The position numbers and the translations under genes are program-made. 64,000 nucleotides of DNA, from positions 1,674,001-1,738,000 of the forward strand of contig VRMN01000003.1 in NCBI GenBank assembly GCA_008690995.1. The letters are read 5' to 3'. Origin of the DNA: Porphyridium purpureum. Taxonomy: Eukaryota. The notes below the pieces were generated by a model that made no database searches, was not told where the DNA came from, and worked only from the letters and a program-made list of their open reading frames with translations. Position 1 is the first letter of the stretch; each line of letters begins with the position of its first letter. Shown piece after piece: positions 10,751 to 21,931 of the stretch.

Positions 10751-11128
10751 GGTCCATCGGTTGGGTTGGTGTAATAATCAAATAAGGAACTCATTGGGAA
10801 TCGCCTTTCAACGCCATGCAGGTATCAAGCGCCAATGTGCCCGTAGCGATGCATGACTTTGATCGGTATTCTGCAAAGCCATCGAGCGCTCGACCTTCAC
10901 TGCCTGTTTTGCTTCTCCTTTCTTTCTTTCTTTTTTCTTTTTTTTTTTTTTTTTGGCATCTACCACTTTGATATAATTTACTACCTGTCATTGTCCAATA
11001 CTATACTGTCTTGGTGCGCACGAGCTCGCCCTACAGACGCTCACAACACCACATCTTCCTGTTTACATGATTCAAAATCTTTACAACGATTCGCCAGTGC
11101 TGAAGGAGGAAATCAATGCTCTCAACCA

Positions 11129-12976
11129 TCAACTCTGCGGGCCGATTGGACTCGCTGCTGGATCGGACATGGGCTTGCCCGCGCCAGGTCTGGAAGCCTC
11201 TTTGGCGGCAATAGCTGCCTTCAAAGCGCCAAGCCATTTGTCGAGCGCCTCATAGTCATACTTGTACCTTCGGATAAAAGGATGGAACAAAAGAACTTCG
11301 GCTCGGGGACGCTCACTCGGGTGTATTTTGGTACACAAGTTGACAAAGTGGAGCAAGTCGTCAGAGGCTTTGGTTTCCAGCTCGTTGAAAAGAACGTCGC
11401 CAGATGAGGCCGACTCGATGAAATCCCAGTACACAGGCCGGCTTGGAAATGGGTGGCGCCCATAGAAGAGTTCGACCACACATAAGCCAAGGCTCCAAAT
11501 GTCGGCAGCGTATGTGTAGCTCTGATTGTTCAATCTTTCCGGGCTCATGTACTCAATCGTGCCCGCAAAAGTGTTGCCCATCTGATTCGGCTTTGCGTGT
11601 CCAAAGTCCGTTAGTTTGATCAAGCCCTGTGATATGCTCACTAGAAGGTTCTGTGTCTTAATATCACGGTGCATGAAGCCCAGTCCATGAATGAAGCGCA
11701 AGCCCTCCAAGCAATGCATCGTGATTTGACTGATCGCTGCTTCTGGCGTCGGCCCCAGAAAATTGCATGCGCTGTACAGAGAACCTCCGTCCATCATTTC
11801 TAATAGCGTTAACACCTGCTCCTCCTCGGCATTGTAAAAGCTGCCGTAGAATTGGACAATGTGTTTGTTCTTGAGCATATACTGTACTCCAATTTCTCTC
11901 CGCAACAGGATACGATGGCTCTGTGCCTTGGTAATCTGCTCGACTTTGACCGCAAGATGATAACCGGTCGGCTTGTGCACCGAGTCATACACAGAACCTT
12001 GGATCCCCCGACCAAGCAGACACGTGTGTTCAAGTTCTTCAGGGCCGCGCACTACGATTTCGCGCAAGTATCGCTTTTTCGGCTGTTGCTTCTCCTTTGG
12101 CTGATTTAAAGTAGTCAATCCGCGGGGTATTGCTCCCAGAACCGACGCATTTTGACTGCCAGAACTTGTGTCGATTGCTTCAGATTCTCTGGATTCCAGC
12201 CTTCTCGAACCGAAGCGAACGCGCCCATGGCCGAATCCACCAGGCGGCACTGAGTCGCCTTCGCCGTCCATTATTTGTGATTTGCTGATGCGCAACTTCT
12301 GACCCACGGCCGTCGCACCTGAGGCCTGCGTAGTGCCTGGGGATGCGACCGGTTTGAGCTCTTGCGTTATTTCGATGTCATCAAAGCCATTCTCGTCGGG
12401 TAGCATAAATAAGTCGTCAAAATCTCCTCGCTTCGCGGGAGACATGAATTCCTTTTTCTGCGGGGCAGGTGGGGTCACAACGCTGCTCTGATTCAAGTGA
12501 GCGTCGTCTGCTTCCCCGTGCGCCAATGACTTCTTGCTGCTGCTATGATTTCCTCGCGGGCTAATCGCTGGCAAAAACTCCGTCGACGGTTTGCGCATCA
12601 TGCGTGCGAAAAATCGGAGCACTTTGGACTGCGTGCGGTTTCCCATGGGTGCAACTTCCATCGTGGCAGGTGCTTCGATGGGCGTGGACAATTCAATGAC
12701 GATGGGCTCGTTCAGACGATGAATAAATGAAATGCGATCCATTTCCTCGAACTTGGGCATCTGGAGATCGTCATTTCCTTCGTCTGTGAAGTAGTCGAAC
12801 TCACCAGCCTGACCATCTACGCGCTCTTCCTGCACCAATTCCACATCAATGCCTTCCAGAGGATCCGAAGATCGCTCAGAAACCATTGAACCGCCCATGG
12901 ATACTGCCGAATCATTGTTCCGCGAACCTACCGAGCGTGCACTTTTCTGCTGGCCGAGTTCCCGAACGGGCTGCAT
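11129..12976 (-). CDS. MAP kinase kinase (STE7-like) with long disordered N-terminus
   Basis: GRGIQG, AVK, IVQFYGSFY, LEMMDGGSL, HRDIK, DFG, GTIEYMSPERL, ADIWSLGL. Confidence 0.85.
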   Translation of the reverse strand: MQPVRELGQQKSARSVGSRNNDSAVSMGGSMVSERSSDPLEGIDVELVQEERVDGQAGEFDYFTDEGNDDLQMPKFEEMDRISFIHRLNEPIVIELSTPIEAPATMEVAPMGNRTQSKVLRFFARMMRKPSTEFLPAISPRGNHSSSKKSLAHGEADDAHLNQSSVVTPPAPQKKEFMSPAKRGDFDDLFMLPDENGFDDIEITQELKPVASPGTTQASGATAVGQKLRISKSQIMDGEGDSVPPGGFGHGRVRFGSRRLESRESEAIDTSSGSQNASVLGAIPRGLTTLNQPKEKQQPKKRYLREIVVRGPEELEHTCLLGRGIQGSVYDSVHKPTGYHLAVKVEQITKAQSHRILLRREIGVQYMLKNKHIVQFYGSFYNAEEEQVLTLLEMMDGGSLYSACNFLGPTPEAAISQITMHCLEGLRFIHGLGFMHRDIKTQNLLVSISQGLIKLTDFGHAKPNQMGNTFAGTIEYMSPERLNNQSYTYAADIWSLGLCVVELFYGRHPFPSRPVYWDFIESASSGDVLFNELETKASDDLLHFVNLCTKIHPSERPRAEVLLFHPFIRRYKYDYEALDKWLGALKAAIAAKEASRPGAGKPMSDPAASPIGPQS

Positions 12977-13568
12977 GGCAACTCGGGCCCAGCTCAGTGC
13001 TGCTATGTTCCGAGAACACGCGTGATGCTTTCAAGCCCAGCCTCGCTCACCTTCTTCTGGAAGCCTCACGGCGATGCTTCCGCCAGTTGCGCTAACTTTC
13101 CCGCGGTCAATTTCGGTGGCAAATGCTCGAGCGAATCAAATCGTTTGATTGGAGGAGGAGAAAAAAGGGAATTAGAACGAACCAGTCACCGGCGATAAGA
13201 CCACGGACCGCGTCCAAGCGTGCATAGCACGCCACCCCGTTCCGCCGCGAGACAATATCGCTGCGTGCGCGTTCAAGACGTACGGTGTTTTTCTTCTTCT
13301 TCTTCCTCCAAATGCAAGAAATGCATCCGCACTTGCACGCGCTCGTGGCGGGCGTGATAATATGGGAACCGAAATGCGGCACGTTTTTTGCGAGCACAGC
13401 AGGACACCTTGTGGCGCGCACACAAACCGCGCGCGGTTCACAGTGGGCACGGCGCTTCCGATGCGTTACCGTATGGTCTGTCTTGCCCGCCCCCGTTCGT
13501 GTCCCCGTGCGACAATCAAAGCACGCGCGCGCTGCCGGCCCCCTTCTCCAACACTCTGTCCTTGTTTG

Positions 13569-13597
<29 letters not shown>
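13569..13597. repeat. (CA)n microsatellite
   Basis: About 14 CA units upstream of the minus-strand MAP2K gene. Confidence 0.9.
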
Positions 13598-13599
<2 letters not shown>

Positions 13600-13851
13600 G
13601 CACCCCCACCGACAACCTAAAGAAAGAGCCGACACCGAAAAAACCACACGACCCGTAAATGAAATCTGCCTGTACCCCATGCTGTCAGTGAAAGTACAGT
13701 CCAGTCCGTCCAGAACGCAGTACCTACTCGACGCTCGATCATCGAATGACGGTACGAGGTCCAGTTCGATTTATGCCGCACGTACAGTGTGACCTTGTGA
13801 AAAGTGCTATGTTTTACTGCATACCATGCGCCTTCCATTCAATCTACGATT

Positions 13852-14086
13852 CGGTTTGCGGTTTGCGGTTTGCGGTTTGCGGTTTGCGGTTTGCGGTTTG
13901 CGGTTTGCGGTTTGCGGTTTGCGGTTTGCGGTTTGCGGTTTGCGGTTTTCGCGTTGCGGTTTGCGGTTTGCGGGTTTGCGGTTTGCGGTTTGCGGGTTTG
14001 CAGTTTGCGTTTGCGGTTTGCGGTTTGCGGTTTGCGGTTTGCGGTTTGCGGTTTGCGTTTGCGGCGGTTTGCGGTTTGCGTTTGCG
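13852..14086. repeat. Heptamer tandem array (TTTGCGG)n, ~235 nt, about 33 units
   Basis: Perfect for roughly the first 95 nt, then variant units (TTTTCGCG, TTTGCGGG, TTTGCAG, TTTGCG). Confidence 0.95.
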
Positions 14087-14358
14087 ACGAGTTTGTTTGC
14101 AACGCGGTTTTCGAGTTTCGAACGACGAGCTCGAGATACAGAGAAAAGTCTGCTACTCTTAGTCGCGCCGTGACAGGTGGATGTGTTGTGGTCGGGGTTT
14201 GGGATTAGGGATTGGTGGGCTGCGCTGCGTTGTCATCACTTGCTGCGCGCCGCATACATGGTTCCGTGTCCCGGAGAACGGCGTGTGCGGAGTGCGTTGG
14301 AGCTGCGTTGAATTGTACGGCAGACGGGTCGAACGGATCGGGCCAGGTTTGGATTAGG

Positions 14359-16224
14359 ATGTGGGCTGTGCTGAGATGGGTGCCCGCACGCAGTGGTTTG
14401 GAGAAAGGCGCTGCGCTCGCCGGTCGGCAGTGGATCCCATTAATGCGATGTAGCTGCACAGGCATCGGGAGCAGCCATGACGGCACGAATAGCTTGTGGC
14501 CTGAAGGAAGGACGCGGCACATGCGCAGGATGCGGGATGATGTGTCGAAAACCAAGCACACGGGCATGGACGTCGTGTATGACTCACTCGTCAATCGCGG
14601 GACGGGCTTCAGTCGGGATGAGCGGGAGAGACTCAGAATCCGCGGACTTGTGCCCGCTGCCGTGCAGACTCTTGAGAACCAACTGGACCGCATCTGGGTA
14701 GCACTCAGCGCAATGGAGGACGATCTCGAAAAGTACAGCTTTCTGTCGCAGCTGCATGACCGCAACCAGGTGCTTTTCTTCAAATTACTCAAGGACCACT
14801 TTGAACTGCTCGCACCGATTGTATACACACCGACCGTCGGTGCGGCGTGTCTAAAACAGCACATGATGTATCGCCGCACGCGCGGCATGTGGTTCTCCGC
14901 CCTGGACCGCGGCTGCATGCACTCCATGGTGTACAATTGGCCAGAAGATGACATTGACATCCTTGTCGTCACAGATGGAAGCCGCATTTTGGGACTCGGC
15001 GACCTGGGCTCGAACGGAATGCAGATCCCGATCGGGAAGCTCGCGTTGTACTGCGCTGGCGGGGGACTGCATCCGAAGCGCACCTTACCAGTCGTGCTGG
15101 ACGTGGGCACAAACAACGCGAAGCTTCGCGTGCACCCGCTGTACCTTGGGCTACGCCAGCAAAGGCTGGATGGTCAGGAGTACTACGACTTTGTCGAGGA
15201 ATGGATTGGTGCCGTTTTTGAGCGCTGGCCGAATGTCATGGTCCAATTTGAGGACTTTGCGAATCCGCACGCTTCAGTGCTACTCGAAAAGTATCGCCAT
15301 CGCGTGCGCTGTTTCAACGACGATATCCAAAGCACAGGATGTATCACAGTGGCAGCCGTACTAGCTTCACTTCGCGCACGTGGACTTCCCTTCTCTGCCA
15401 TCACACAAGAGCGCATTGTATGCGTCGGTGCCGGCTCTGCGGGCATTGGGGTCTGCGAAAGCTTGGTAAGGTGCATGATGGATGAAGGGTTAAGCCGAAA
15501 GGACGCATTGTCTCGGTTCTGGCTCACGGACCAGCGCGGTCTGCTTGCGCAGGGGCGCGAAAGTGGCACTGGTCCCGGTCTTCAGCTTGGCCAGGCTCCG
15601 TTTGTCCGAAGTGATTTGCCATCGGGTATGACTTTGTTGGACGTGATTTCAACAGTCAAACCCACCGTGCTCATCGGACTGAGCGGCGTGGCCGGCATTT
15701 TTACCGAGGAGGTGGTTAGAGAAATGTGCAGGCACGCCAAGCAGCCGGTCGTACTGCCTCTTTCCAATCCGTCCAGTAGCTCAGAGTGCACGGCCGAAGA
15801 TTTCTTCCGCTGGACGCGAGCGGAGAAAAAGCATGCGATCTTTGCTTCTGGAAGCCCCTTTCCAGACGTACATTTTGCCGATGGCTCGAAGGGACGCACG
15901 AACCAATGCAACAATGTCTATAATTTTCCCGGCATTGGGCTGTGCCATATGGCGATTCGCTTGGATCACGTCACGGATGAAATGTTCCAGGCCGCAGCGC
16001 GCCGCATCGCCAGCCTCGTTTCCACCGACAAGGCTTTAAATGGCCGACTCTTCCCTCCCGTCTCGGAACTACGTCAAGTCTCTGTCGAAGTCGCCGAAGC
16101 TGTTGCGCTGGTCGCGATCGATCAGAAACTCACCCCGCTCACTCCAGCCGACAAGCCCGCCATTCGAACGATCATTGAGAACTCGATGTGGGAACCTGAG
16201 TATAAACCCATTGTGCCAATCTAA
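14359..16224 (+). CDS. ME: Malic enzyme (NAD(P)-dependent), probably mitochondrial
   Basis: NRGTGFS, PIVYTPTVG, VVTDGSRILGLGDLG, IGKLALY, LDVGTNN, QFEDF, FNDDIQSTG, GAGSAGIG, PLSNP, FASGSPF, NQCNN. First ATG 14359 gives an Arg-rich presequence. Confidence 0.95.
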   Translation: MWAVLRWVPARSGLEKGAALAGRQWIPLMRCSCTGIGSSHDGTNSLWPEGRTRHMRRMRDDVSKTKHTGMDVVYDSLVNRGTGFSRDERERLRIRGLVPAAVQTLENQLDRIWVALSAMEDDLEKYSFLSQLHDRNQVLFFKLLKDHFELLAPIVYTPTVGAACLKQHMMYRRTRGMWFSALDRGCMHSMVYNWPEDDIDILVVTDGSRILGLGDLGSNGMQIPIGKLALYCAGGGLHPKRTLPVVLDVGTNNAKLRVHPLYLGLRQQRLDGQEYYDFVEEWIGAVFERWPNVMVQFEDFANPHASVLLEKYRHRVRCFNDDIQSTGCITVAAVLASLRARGLPFSAITQERIVCVGAGSAGIGVCESLVRCMMDEGLSRKDALSRFWLTDQRGLLAQGRESGTGPGLQLGQAPFVRSDLPSGMTLLDVISTVKPTVLIGLSGVAGIFTEEVVREMCRHAKQPVVLPLSNPSSSSECTAEDFFRWTRAEKKHAIFASGSPFPDVHFADGSKGRTNQCNNVYNFPGIGLCHMAIRLDHVTDEMFQAAARRIASLVSTDKALNGRLFPPVSELRQVSVEVAEAVALVAIDQKLTPLTPADKPAIRTIIENSMWEPEYKPIVPI

Positions 16225-16382
16225 GACTAGCTGCGTGACAGAAAGGTGTGCAAAAGAATTTTACATTTCCGATACCAGAAAAGCATCCAGTTTCTCCCCA
16301 TGCTGTATTCCACATGTGGGGCGATATCACTCTTCTCGCCTCTTTTTCACTCTTTCAACTCTGTCAAATGAATGAAAGATGT

Positions 16383-18908
16383 TCAAACACCACCTTCGGC
16401 GCTGCTGTCCTTTCTCGACTTGACCTGATTGTCCCGTGACTTCATTCGACTTATGCCGATAACGCCCGACGGCTCTTCCGAATTTGATGGCCTTTTCGTA
16501 AACCACGCGACTCGTGAACTCTGCTTACCGGGACCAGATTGCTCAGAGCTGGGCGGCTTGCCACCGTCTGGTCCTTTGCTCCCTCCTTTGTCCGGGGCGA
16601 CGGGCGGGGTCCCGTGCATGACAGCAGAATTGCCGTTGTCTTGAGCATGCACCTCTGAGACACTGTCACGGTTCAAAAATAGACTGGAGGATAAACGCTT
16701 GAATGAGGTGCTTTTCGGCGTTTTCTGCTCAACACCACTTTTCGGGTCCATTGAAGAGTTCATCCGGAAAAATCCAGGGCCTCGCATGGATGCTGACGCT
16801 GATTTGGTTTCCATGCGTGCATCCATTGAACTGCTTCCTCCCGAGGAAGTCATTGAACGATTCATGCTGTGTCGGCCGGTGATGTGCTTAAATTCTGCTG
16901 TCCATGAGCGTGGACCCATATTGCCATCCTTCTCGTCTGCGCTGTCGCCCTTCAGCAGAGCCTTAATACTCAGCTTTCCATTGCCCAGTCCGCTCGTTCG
17001 CGAACGCCCCGCTTGCGAAGAAAAGGCTCCATCGTTCTTACCAGATTTGCTACCTTCTTTTGAATCGCTGCCTAAATCCTCCTCAAAAACGACACGTTGC
17101 CCAGAATCAGTGCCCTCCACATCATCTTTTCCTGCATTGACACCGCTGTCGAGCCTGCCCTCCTTACCAGCTGATTCATTCATTATAGTTTGCAGTCCGA
17201 GCTCAAATGTGTCCTGGCCGATTTCCGGTACGACACCATCCTCCACAGCTTTTGGAGCGGCATTCGTCCCCGCGGAGGACTTTGGAATGCGTGATGTTGT
17301 TGCCGCAACTGCAGGTTTCGGCGGCGATGGCACTGAGCCGCGGCGCTTCGACTCCTTCTTCCGATTCACTGCAGAGGCACTTGAAGGGGCGCCTGCCATG
17401 GTTTTCTCCGACTTGCCAATGGCAGAGACGCCAGCCGCCTGATCGTCAGAGGAAATGACTCTCTGAAATCCATTCTGCTGCATCCACGTTTCATCATTGA
17501 CCAGCATTTTGATCAGCTCCCTCTCAGAGAGCTGCTCCAGCTCGTCATCTTCGCTATGCAATTTCCTGCGGGATGCAGATGCGAGCAATTTTTCGGAGCT
17601 ATCTTCTACCGTGATCGCACCTTCCGGCATGGCGTCCGCGAAAGCCCCGTCCTGTTTCGGAGTTCGTGGCGTGACCATCTTAGACGAGGCACGTGAGTTT
17701 TCTGAGCATTCTTGAGGAACCGATTTGTTCGATTTGATTGATTTGCTCGACTTGATTCGAAGCACACCATTCGCAATGTTCGACACGAGCTGAGTTAAAT
17801 AGTGGCTCTTGAGCCAGCTGCAGTTCAAGAGGCTTGCGGTGGTAGGCCGCTCGTTCGGATCACGTGTGAGCATCCATTTTACCAGATCCATGGCCTCTTT
17901 GGAGACGCCTGCCCAGCACGTGGTGGGAAACGCCAAAGTGCCATTTGTGATCTGAGAGATTGTTTCCTTTCCAGTTCTGCCATGAAACGGATACTGGCCG
18001 GATAGCATGACATAAAGGAGGATGCCAAGCGCCCAAATATCCACTGCTTTGCCGTAGGGAACGCGCTCCACGATTTCTGGCGCTATGTATTCCGGTGTAC
18101 CTGTGAGTGAGCCGAGTTCAAATTCGGACGCATCGGAGGTTCCCGACGGCAGTTGTCTAGACAGACCAAAATCGGCCAGCTTGCAACTGCCGTTCTCATC
18201 CAGGAGTACATTTTCGGCCTTGACATCACGATGAATAATGTCCTTGCCGTGCAAGTAGTGCAGCGCCATGAGAATTTCGCTCATCATTTCACGCGCTGTG
18301 TTTTCAGGCATCCTGCCGCGGTCACGAATCCTTGAGTACAGCGAGCCGCCGCTCATATACTCCATTACAATACGCACCTCCCTCTCTGACTCGAAAACGT
18401 CATACGCACACACAACATGCGGGTGGTCGAGCTGGCGGATTATTTGTGTTTCGCGTTCAATCACCTTCTTCTGGAGCTCGTTCACATTTCTGCGCATCAC
18501 CTTGACAGCGACCATTTCATTGCGGTCAACGTCGAGCGCACAAAAGACTTTTGCGTAAAAGCCGGACCCGATTTCGGCCTGCTGCCTGTAGAGGTCGCCA
18601 AAGACGAGGGATGAAGAGCGCCGGACAGATCCGCTCCAGTCTTGAAAGTCCTCCAAGGAGTCGGCACGAATCTGCACGTCCTTGCCCTTATTTGTGCGCA
18701 CGGAGATGCGGTTTCCCTTTTGGTTTTCCGAGAAGCGCGCGCCTGCGATGTCGTGCTCCCAGAGCGGGGGCCCATCTTCTGTTTCATGTGCGGTCAAGAG
18801 ACCCCCGTGCTGCAACTTCAGGAACAGCCTCTGTGGCTTTTGGAAAGTTCCTTGTCGTGCAGTCACCCAGCCTGTTGTCGGCGATGGCGACGAATACCTG
18901 TACTTCAT
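16383..18908 (-). CDS. PH-domain plus CaMK-like Ser/Thr kinase with long low-complexity C-terminal tail
   Basis: N-terminal PH-like region (TGWVT...IRADSLEDFQDWSGSV). Kinase motifs IGSGFYAKV, VAVK, HRDVKAENVL, ADFG, GTPEYIAPE, DIWALG. First ATG 18908. Confidence 0.9.
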   Translation of the reverse strand: MKYRYSSPSPTTGWVTARQGTFQKPQRLFLKLQHGGLLTAHETEDGPPLWEHDIAGARFSENQKGNRISVRTNKGKDVQIRADSLEDFQDWSGSVRRSSSLVFGDLYRQQAEIGSGFYAKVFCALDVDRNEMVAVKVMRRNVNELQKKVIERETQIIRQLDHPHVVCAYDVFESEREVRIVMEYMSGGSLYSRIRDRGRMPENTAREMMSEILMALHYLHGKDIIHRDVKAENVLLDENGSCKLADFGLSRQLPSGTSDASEFELGSLTGTPEYIAPEIVERVPYGKAVDIWALGILLYVMLSGQYPFHGRTGKETISQITNGTLAFPTTCWAGVSKEAMDLVKWMLTRDPNERPTTASLLNCSWLKSHYLTQLVSNIANGVLRIKSSKSIKSNKSVPQECSENSRASSKMVTPRTPKQDGAFADAMPEGAITVEDSSEKLLASASRRKLHSEDDELEQLSERELIKMLVNDETWMQQNGFQRVISSDDQAAGVSAIGKSEKTMAGAPSSASAVNRKKESKRRGSVPSPPKPAVAATTSRIPKSSAGTNAAPKAVEDGVVPEIGQDTFELGLQTIMNESAGKEGRLDSGVNAGKDDVEGTDSGQRVVFEEDLGSDSKEGSKSGKNDGAFSSQAGRSRTSGLGNGKLSIKALLKGDSADEKDGNMGPRSWTAEFKHITGRHSMNRSMTSSGGSSSMDARMETKSASASMRGPGFFRMNSSMDPKSGVEQKTPKSTSFKRLSSSLFLNRDSVSEVHAQDNGNSAVMHGTPPVAPDKGGSKGPDGGKPPSSEQSGPGKQSSRVAWFTKRPSNSEEPSGVIGISRMKSRDNQVKSRKDSSAEGGV

Positions 18909-18971
18909 TGGAGCGGGCACAGGAATCTCCCTCACAAATTGTCACAGAGCTTCCACAGGCGTTTCTCACTC

Positions 18972-19025
18972 AGGCTGCGTCCACGCGCAGGGGACGAGGC
19001 TGCGTCCACGCGCAGGGGACGAGGC
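18972..19025. repeat. Perfect 25-nt tandem duplication
   Basis: aggctgcgtccacgcgcaggggacg x2 followed by aggc. Confidence 0.9.
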
Positions 19026-20053
19026 CGCAAATACGAAACCCCTCGTCGCAAGCGCCGCGCAGGCCCGACACGTGCAGCGACTGGCCGAATTTGTCCCAAA
19101 GCGCTTCGTCGCGAGCGACCGCTCGCCGCCGATGCCAGACGGCCAGGACGTACCCAGCCCAACCTGCCGATCACCCAAGGCACGCACGCACGCGGCCAAG
19201 CGCCTCGCCAGGAGGACGCGTCTGTTGCGTTTTCCCACGCGGCCGTGGTCTGGACCGCGCGCGCGGGAGTCCGCGCGACTGAGCGCGCGCAGAGACGACC
19301 AAGCTACGGGTCTCCGAATCGAACGCTGCAGGATGTGCGCGACACCCAGTGCGTCGAGAGGGGAGGGGAGTTTGTTCTGACTCGCAGGCGAAGGGGACGG
19401 AAACGCTCTCAATGGTTTTGTGTTTGTGTGATTGTGTGTACGTGCGTGAGTCTGCGTTTTGTGTCGGTCGATGAGGCCGGAAACGCGCTTGTCCCACTCA
19501 TCCAGTTGAACGAATCAGATCGAATGAATTCAGTAGTGTTCAGTGCGAGTACAGTGAGCCCTTGTCGGTACGCACGGTTGACACAAAAATCGGCCTGCGC
19601 TGTATCGGTTACCGGCTTATCGGTTGATGCGCAACTGGGACGAGACCATGCCCCAAAAAGGGCGACTCGTGGCTGCTTGTTGCCGCCTTTCTGTCAGTCA
19701 CACACTTGTGAGCACGCTGCGGGGAGTCGCAAGTTGGTGAGTGCGCACCGCGCGTGAGGCTCGACGCAGAGAGCATGCCCGCGGTGGTCGTGGGCACGGA
19801 AGGAGGGCCAGTGGGCAAGCTTCTACGTCAAGCGGAGGTAGGATACGCCGGGTTTTGGTTGCGCGATTTGCATGGGCAAAGCGCGCACTCCAAACAGCGC
19901 ACGGCTGTTGAGTACGAGTGGAAGGACGACTGAACCGTCTTGCGTGTTTTTCATTGTAAGGAGCGCAGTAGTGTACAGGGCGTGTGCGACACGAAAAGGT
20001 GGGACTCCGACTTTATGGAATGAAGAAGCGCGTCGATGAGAAGAACGGAAGCA

Positions 20054-21931
20054 TTACGGACCTGATGGGTCAATGAGATACAGGCCGTTCCTGGCAATGC
20101 GTCCTCGGAGAGAGAGATATGGCGTCACGTCTTCGCCCATGCAAGGGATTCTGAGCGCGCGCGTGAGTCGCGTGTGATTGTCGCCATGAACAAAGTTGCA
20201 TTTGAGCTCGCTCAGCGTGTTCGGCCCAGCGTAGTACATCCATGTCCCGCGGCAGTGTACATTGCGCTCAATGTCACCAGCGCGTAGCCCACCGGACTGA
20301 GTCATGCCGTACACGGCCAGGCGGAATGCGGGCTGGTCGTGCGCGATCGAAGGATTCAGACGCACCATGTGCAGGTAGTACAGCGAGTACTTGTCCAGCA
20401 GCTCGCGGACTGCCGGTACGCGCTTGTCGTACACAATCACACCAGTGTTGCGTTCTAAAAACATGGGAGACACAGACAGGCCAAATGGGTTATTCTGAGT
20501 CTGGGTGAGGTCCCCACCGCCGTTCTGCTTGTCATTGGTGCTCAAAATGTCAACTGACCCAGAGAGGACGGGCTCAATGCTCGCGTAGGTTGCATCCGCG
20601 TTGCACACCCATACGTCCGAGTCGAGAAACATGGTCACCGCGTACGGAGAGTGTCGGATTGAGGCAATTTTCTCCACCCATTTGTCGTCCGGCCACCCTT
20701 TCCCGCCTTTGCAGCACTTTTCGCAACACGGCGGTAAATCCGACACGTCCTTGATCGACTGCGTGATCCTGGAGCTCAGAAAAATCACATTTTCGAATGG
20801 CCAGTCAACCGTCGTGACGCCGTCCTTTTGCAACCGCCTCACATAGTCCTTGATCGTGATTAGCGTCGTAAACAGGGTCACAGGAACGGACCACGGAGCC
20901 GCAAGGCCAGAGCCAACACCAAGCTCTTGCACTTGAGTAAAGGAGGCGATCACTTCCTCTTGTCGTTCAACCCCCAAGCCACCGGACCAGCGGATATACG
21001 ATATCATGCCGAACTCCTTGTCTCCTGTCTGTACATTTCGAGATGGAACTGGCGGAGCCTTGCTCCAAGCGTTGCTAATGGCTTCGGCCAGGCGAGCAAC
21101 CGGAAGATTTTTCGCGGGCCCAAATCGAAATGGCTCCAATGTACCGCCAGGGGCTGAGTCTGGTGCTGTCACGATTTGCCCACCCGACTGTTCCAATGCG
21201 GACGACTCGAGCTTCTCTGAAAGCGCTGTTTCTTTGGCGCGACCGTTTGCAGGAGACGCTTCCGAATCAGCAGGCGTAGGCTCTTGCTCAGCTGAAGTAC
21301 CACGAGGATCTTGTCGCGCGGCTTGCTGCTCGTGCTCAAGCAAGGCCATTGCCAAAGACCGAGAATCACCTGTCGCCAATACCTGTGTCTGTGAGGATTT
21401 GCGCCTCTCCGAATCCTCCGTTGAGTGAGCCGACACCTGGCGTTCCTCAACTGTCTTGCTGTGAAGCGCATGGATATGCCTATGGACGTCCGGTGGGATG
21501 GTCTGTCGCGATGACGCTTGCTCTGGAGTTCTTGCATCACTTGTGCTCGTTTCGGCGCTCGACTCACTTCCGCGACGCTGCGCTCCCCGGAGCGGCGGGT
21601 TCATCTCGAAAGGAGATGAAAGACGCTTGTGTTCCGCTTCGGCGACGTCGGTATCATGATGTGATGTAGATGCAAGAAATTCCGACTTGGATGGTACTTC
21701 TTCTGCTTTGCCCGCCTCCTGTAGGCTGATTGAGCTTCGCAGGCCCGAATCATGTTGGTCGGAGAAGGCATGATACGAGAAGGCGACGTGTGTGCGGATG
21801 AGCAAGATCGCGACTATTGCCACCGTTCCCAAGAAAAGTGCGCGCAGCGGAAGGAGCGCACCGGACGGCGCCGCGAGTATCTGGGCACTGCTTGTGTACA
21901 TCCTCCTGGCCAAAATGCGTGCCTTTCTCAT
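20054..21931 (-). CDS. Type II membrane glycosyltransferase-like protein (GT-A fold, nucleotide-diphospho-sugar transferase)
   Basis: N-terminal TM (LFLGTVAIVAILLI), long disordered stem, SPYAVTMFLDSDVWVC (DxD), ERNTGVIVY, HDQPAFRLA. Confidence 0.7.
   Translation of the reverse strand: MRKARILARRMYTSSAQILAAPSGALLPLRALFLGTVAIVAILLIRTHVAFSYHAFSDQHDSGLRSSISLQEAGKAEEVPSKSEFLASTSHHDTDVAEAEHKRLSSPFEMNPPLRGAQRRGSESSAETSTSDARTPEQASSRQTIPPDVHRHIHALHSKTVEERQVSAHSTEDSERRKSSQTQVLATGDSRSLAMALLEHEQQAARQDPRGTSAEQEPTPADSEASPANGRAKETALSEKLESSALEQSGGQIVTAPDSAPGGTLEPFRFGPAKNLPVARLAEAISNAWSKAPPVPSRNVQTGDKEFGMISYIRWSGGLGVERQEEVIASFTQVQELGVGSGLAAPWSVPVTLFTTLITIKDYVRRLQKDGVTTVDWPFENVIFLSSRITQSIKDVSDLPPCCEKCCKGGKGWPDDKWVEKIASIRHSPYAVTMFLDSDVWVCNADATYASIEPVLSGSVDILSTNDKQNGGGDLTQTQNNPFGLSVSPMFLERNTGVIVYDKRVPAVRELLDKYSLYYLHMVRLNPSIAHDQPAFRLAVYGMTQSGGLRAGDIERNVHCRGTWMYYAGPNTLSELKCNFVHGDNHTRLTRALRIPCMGEDVTPYLSLRGRIARNGLYLIDPSGP

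Noticed and set aside
13852..14086. CRISPR array interpretation of the repeats (also 57992-58183)
   Set aside because: Head-to-tail repeats without unique spacers, no cas genes, eukaryotic context.
13746..14208. ORFs encoding (FAVCGLR)n and (KPQTANR)n
   Set aside because: The 7-nt repeat has no stop codon in any frame, so these ORFs are artefacts of the array.
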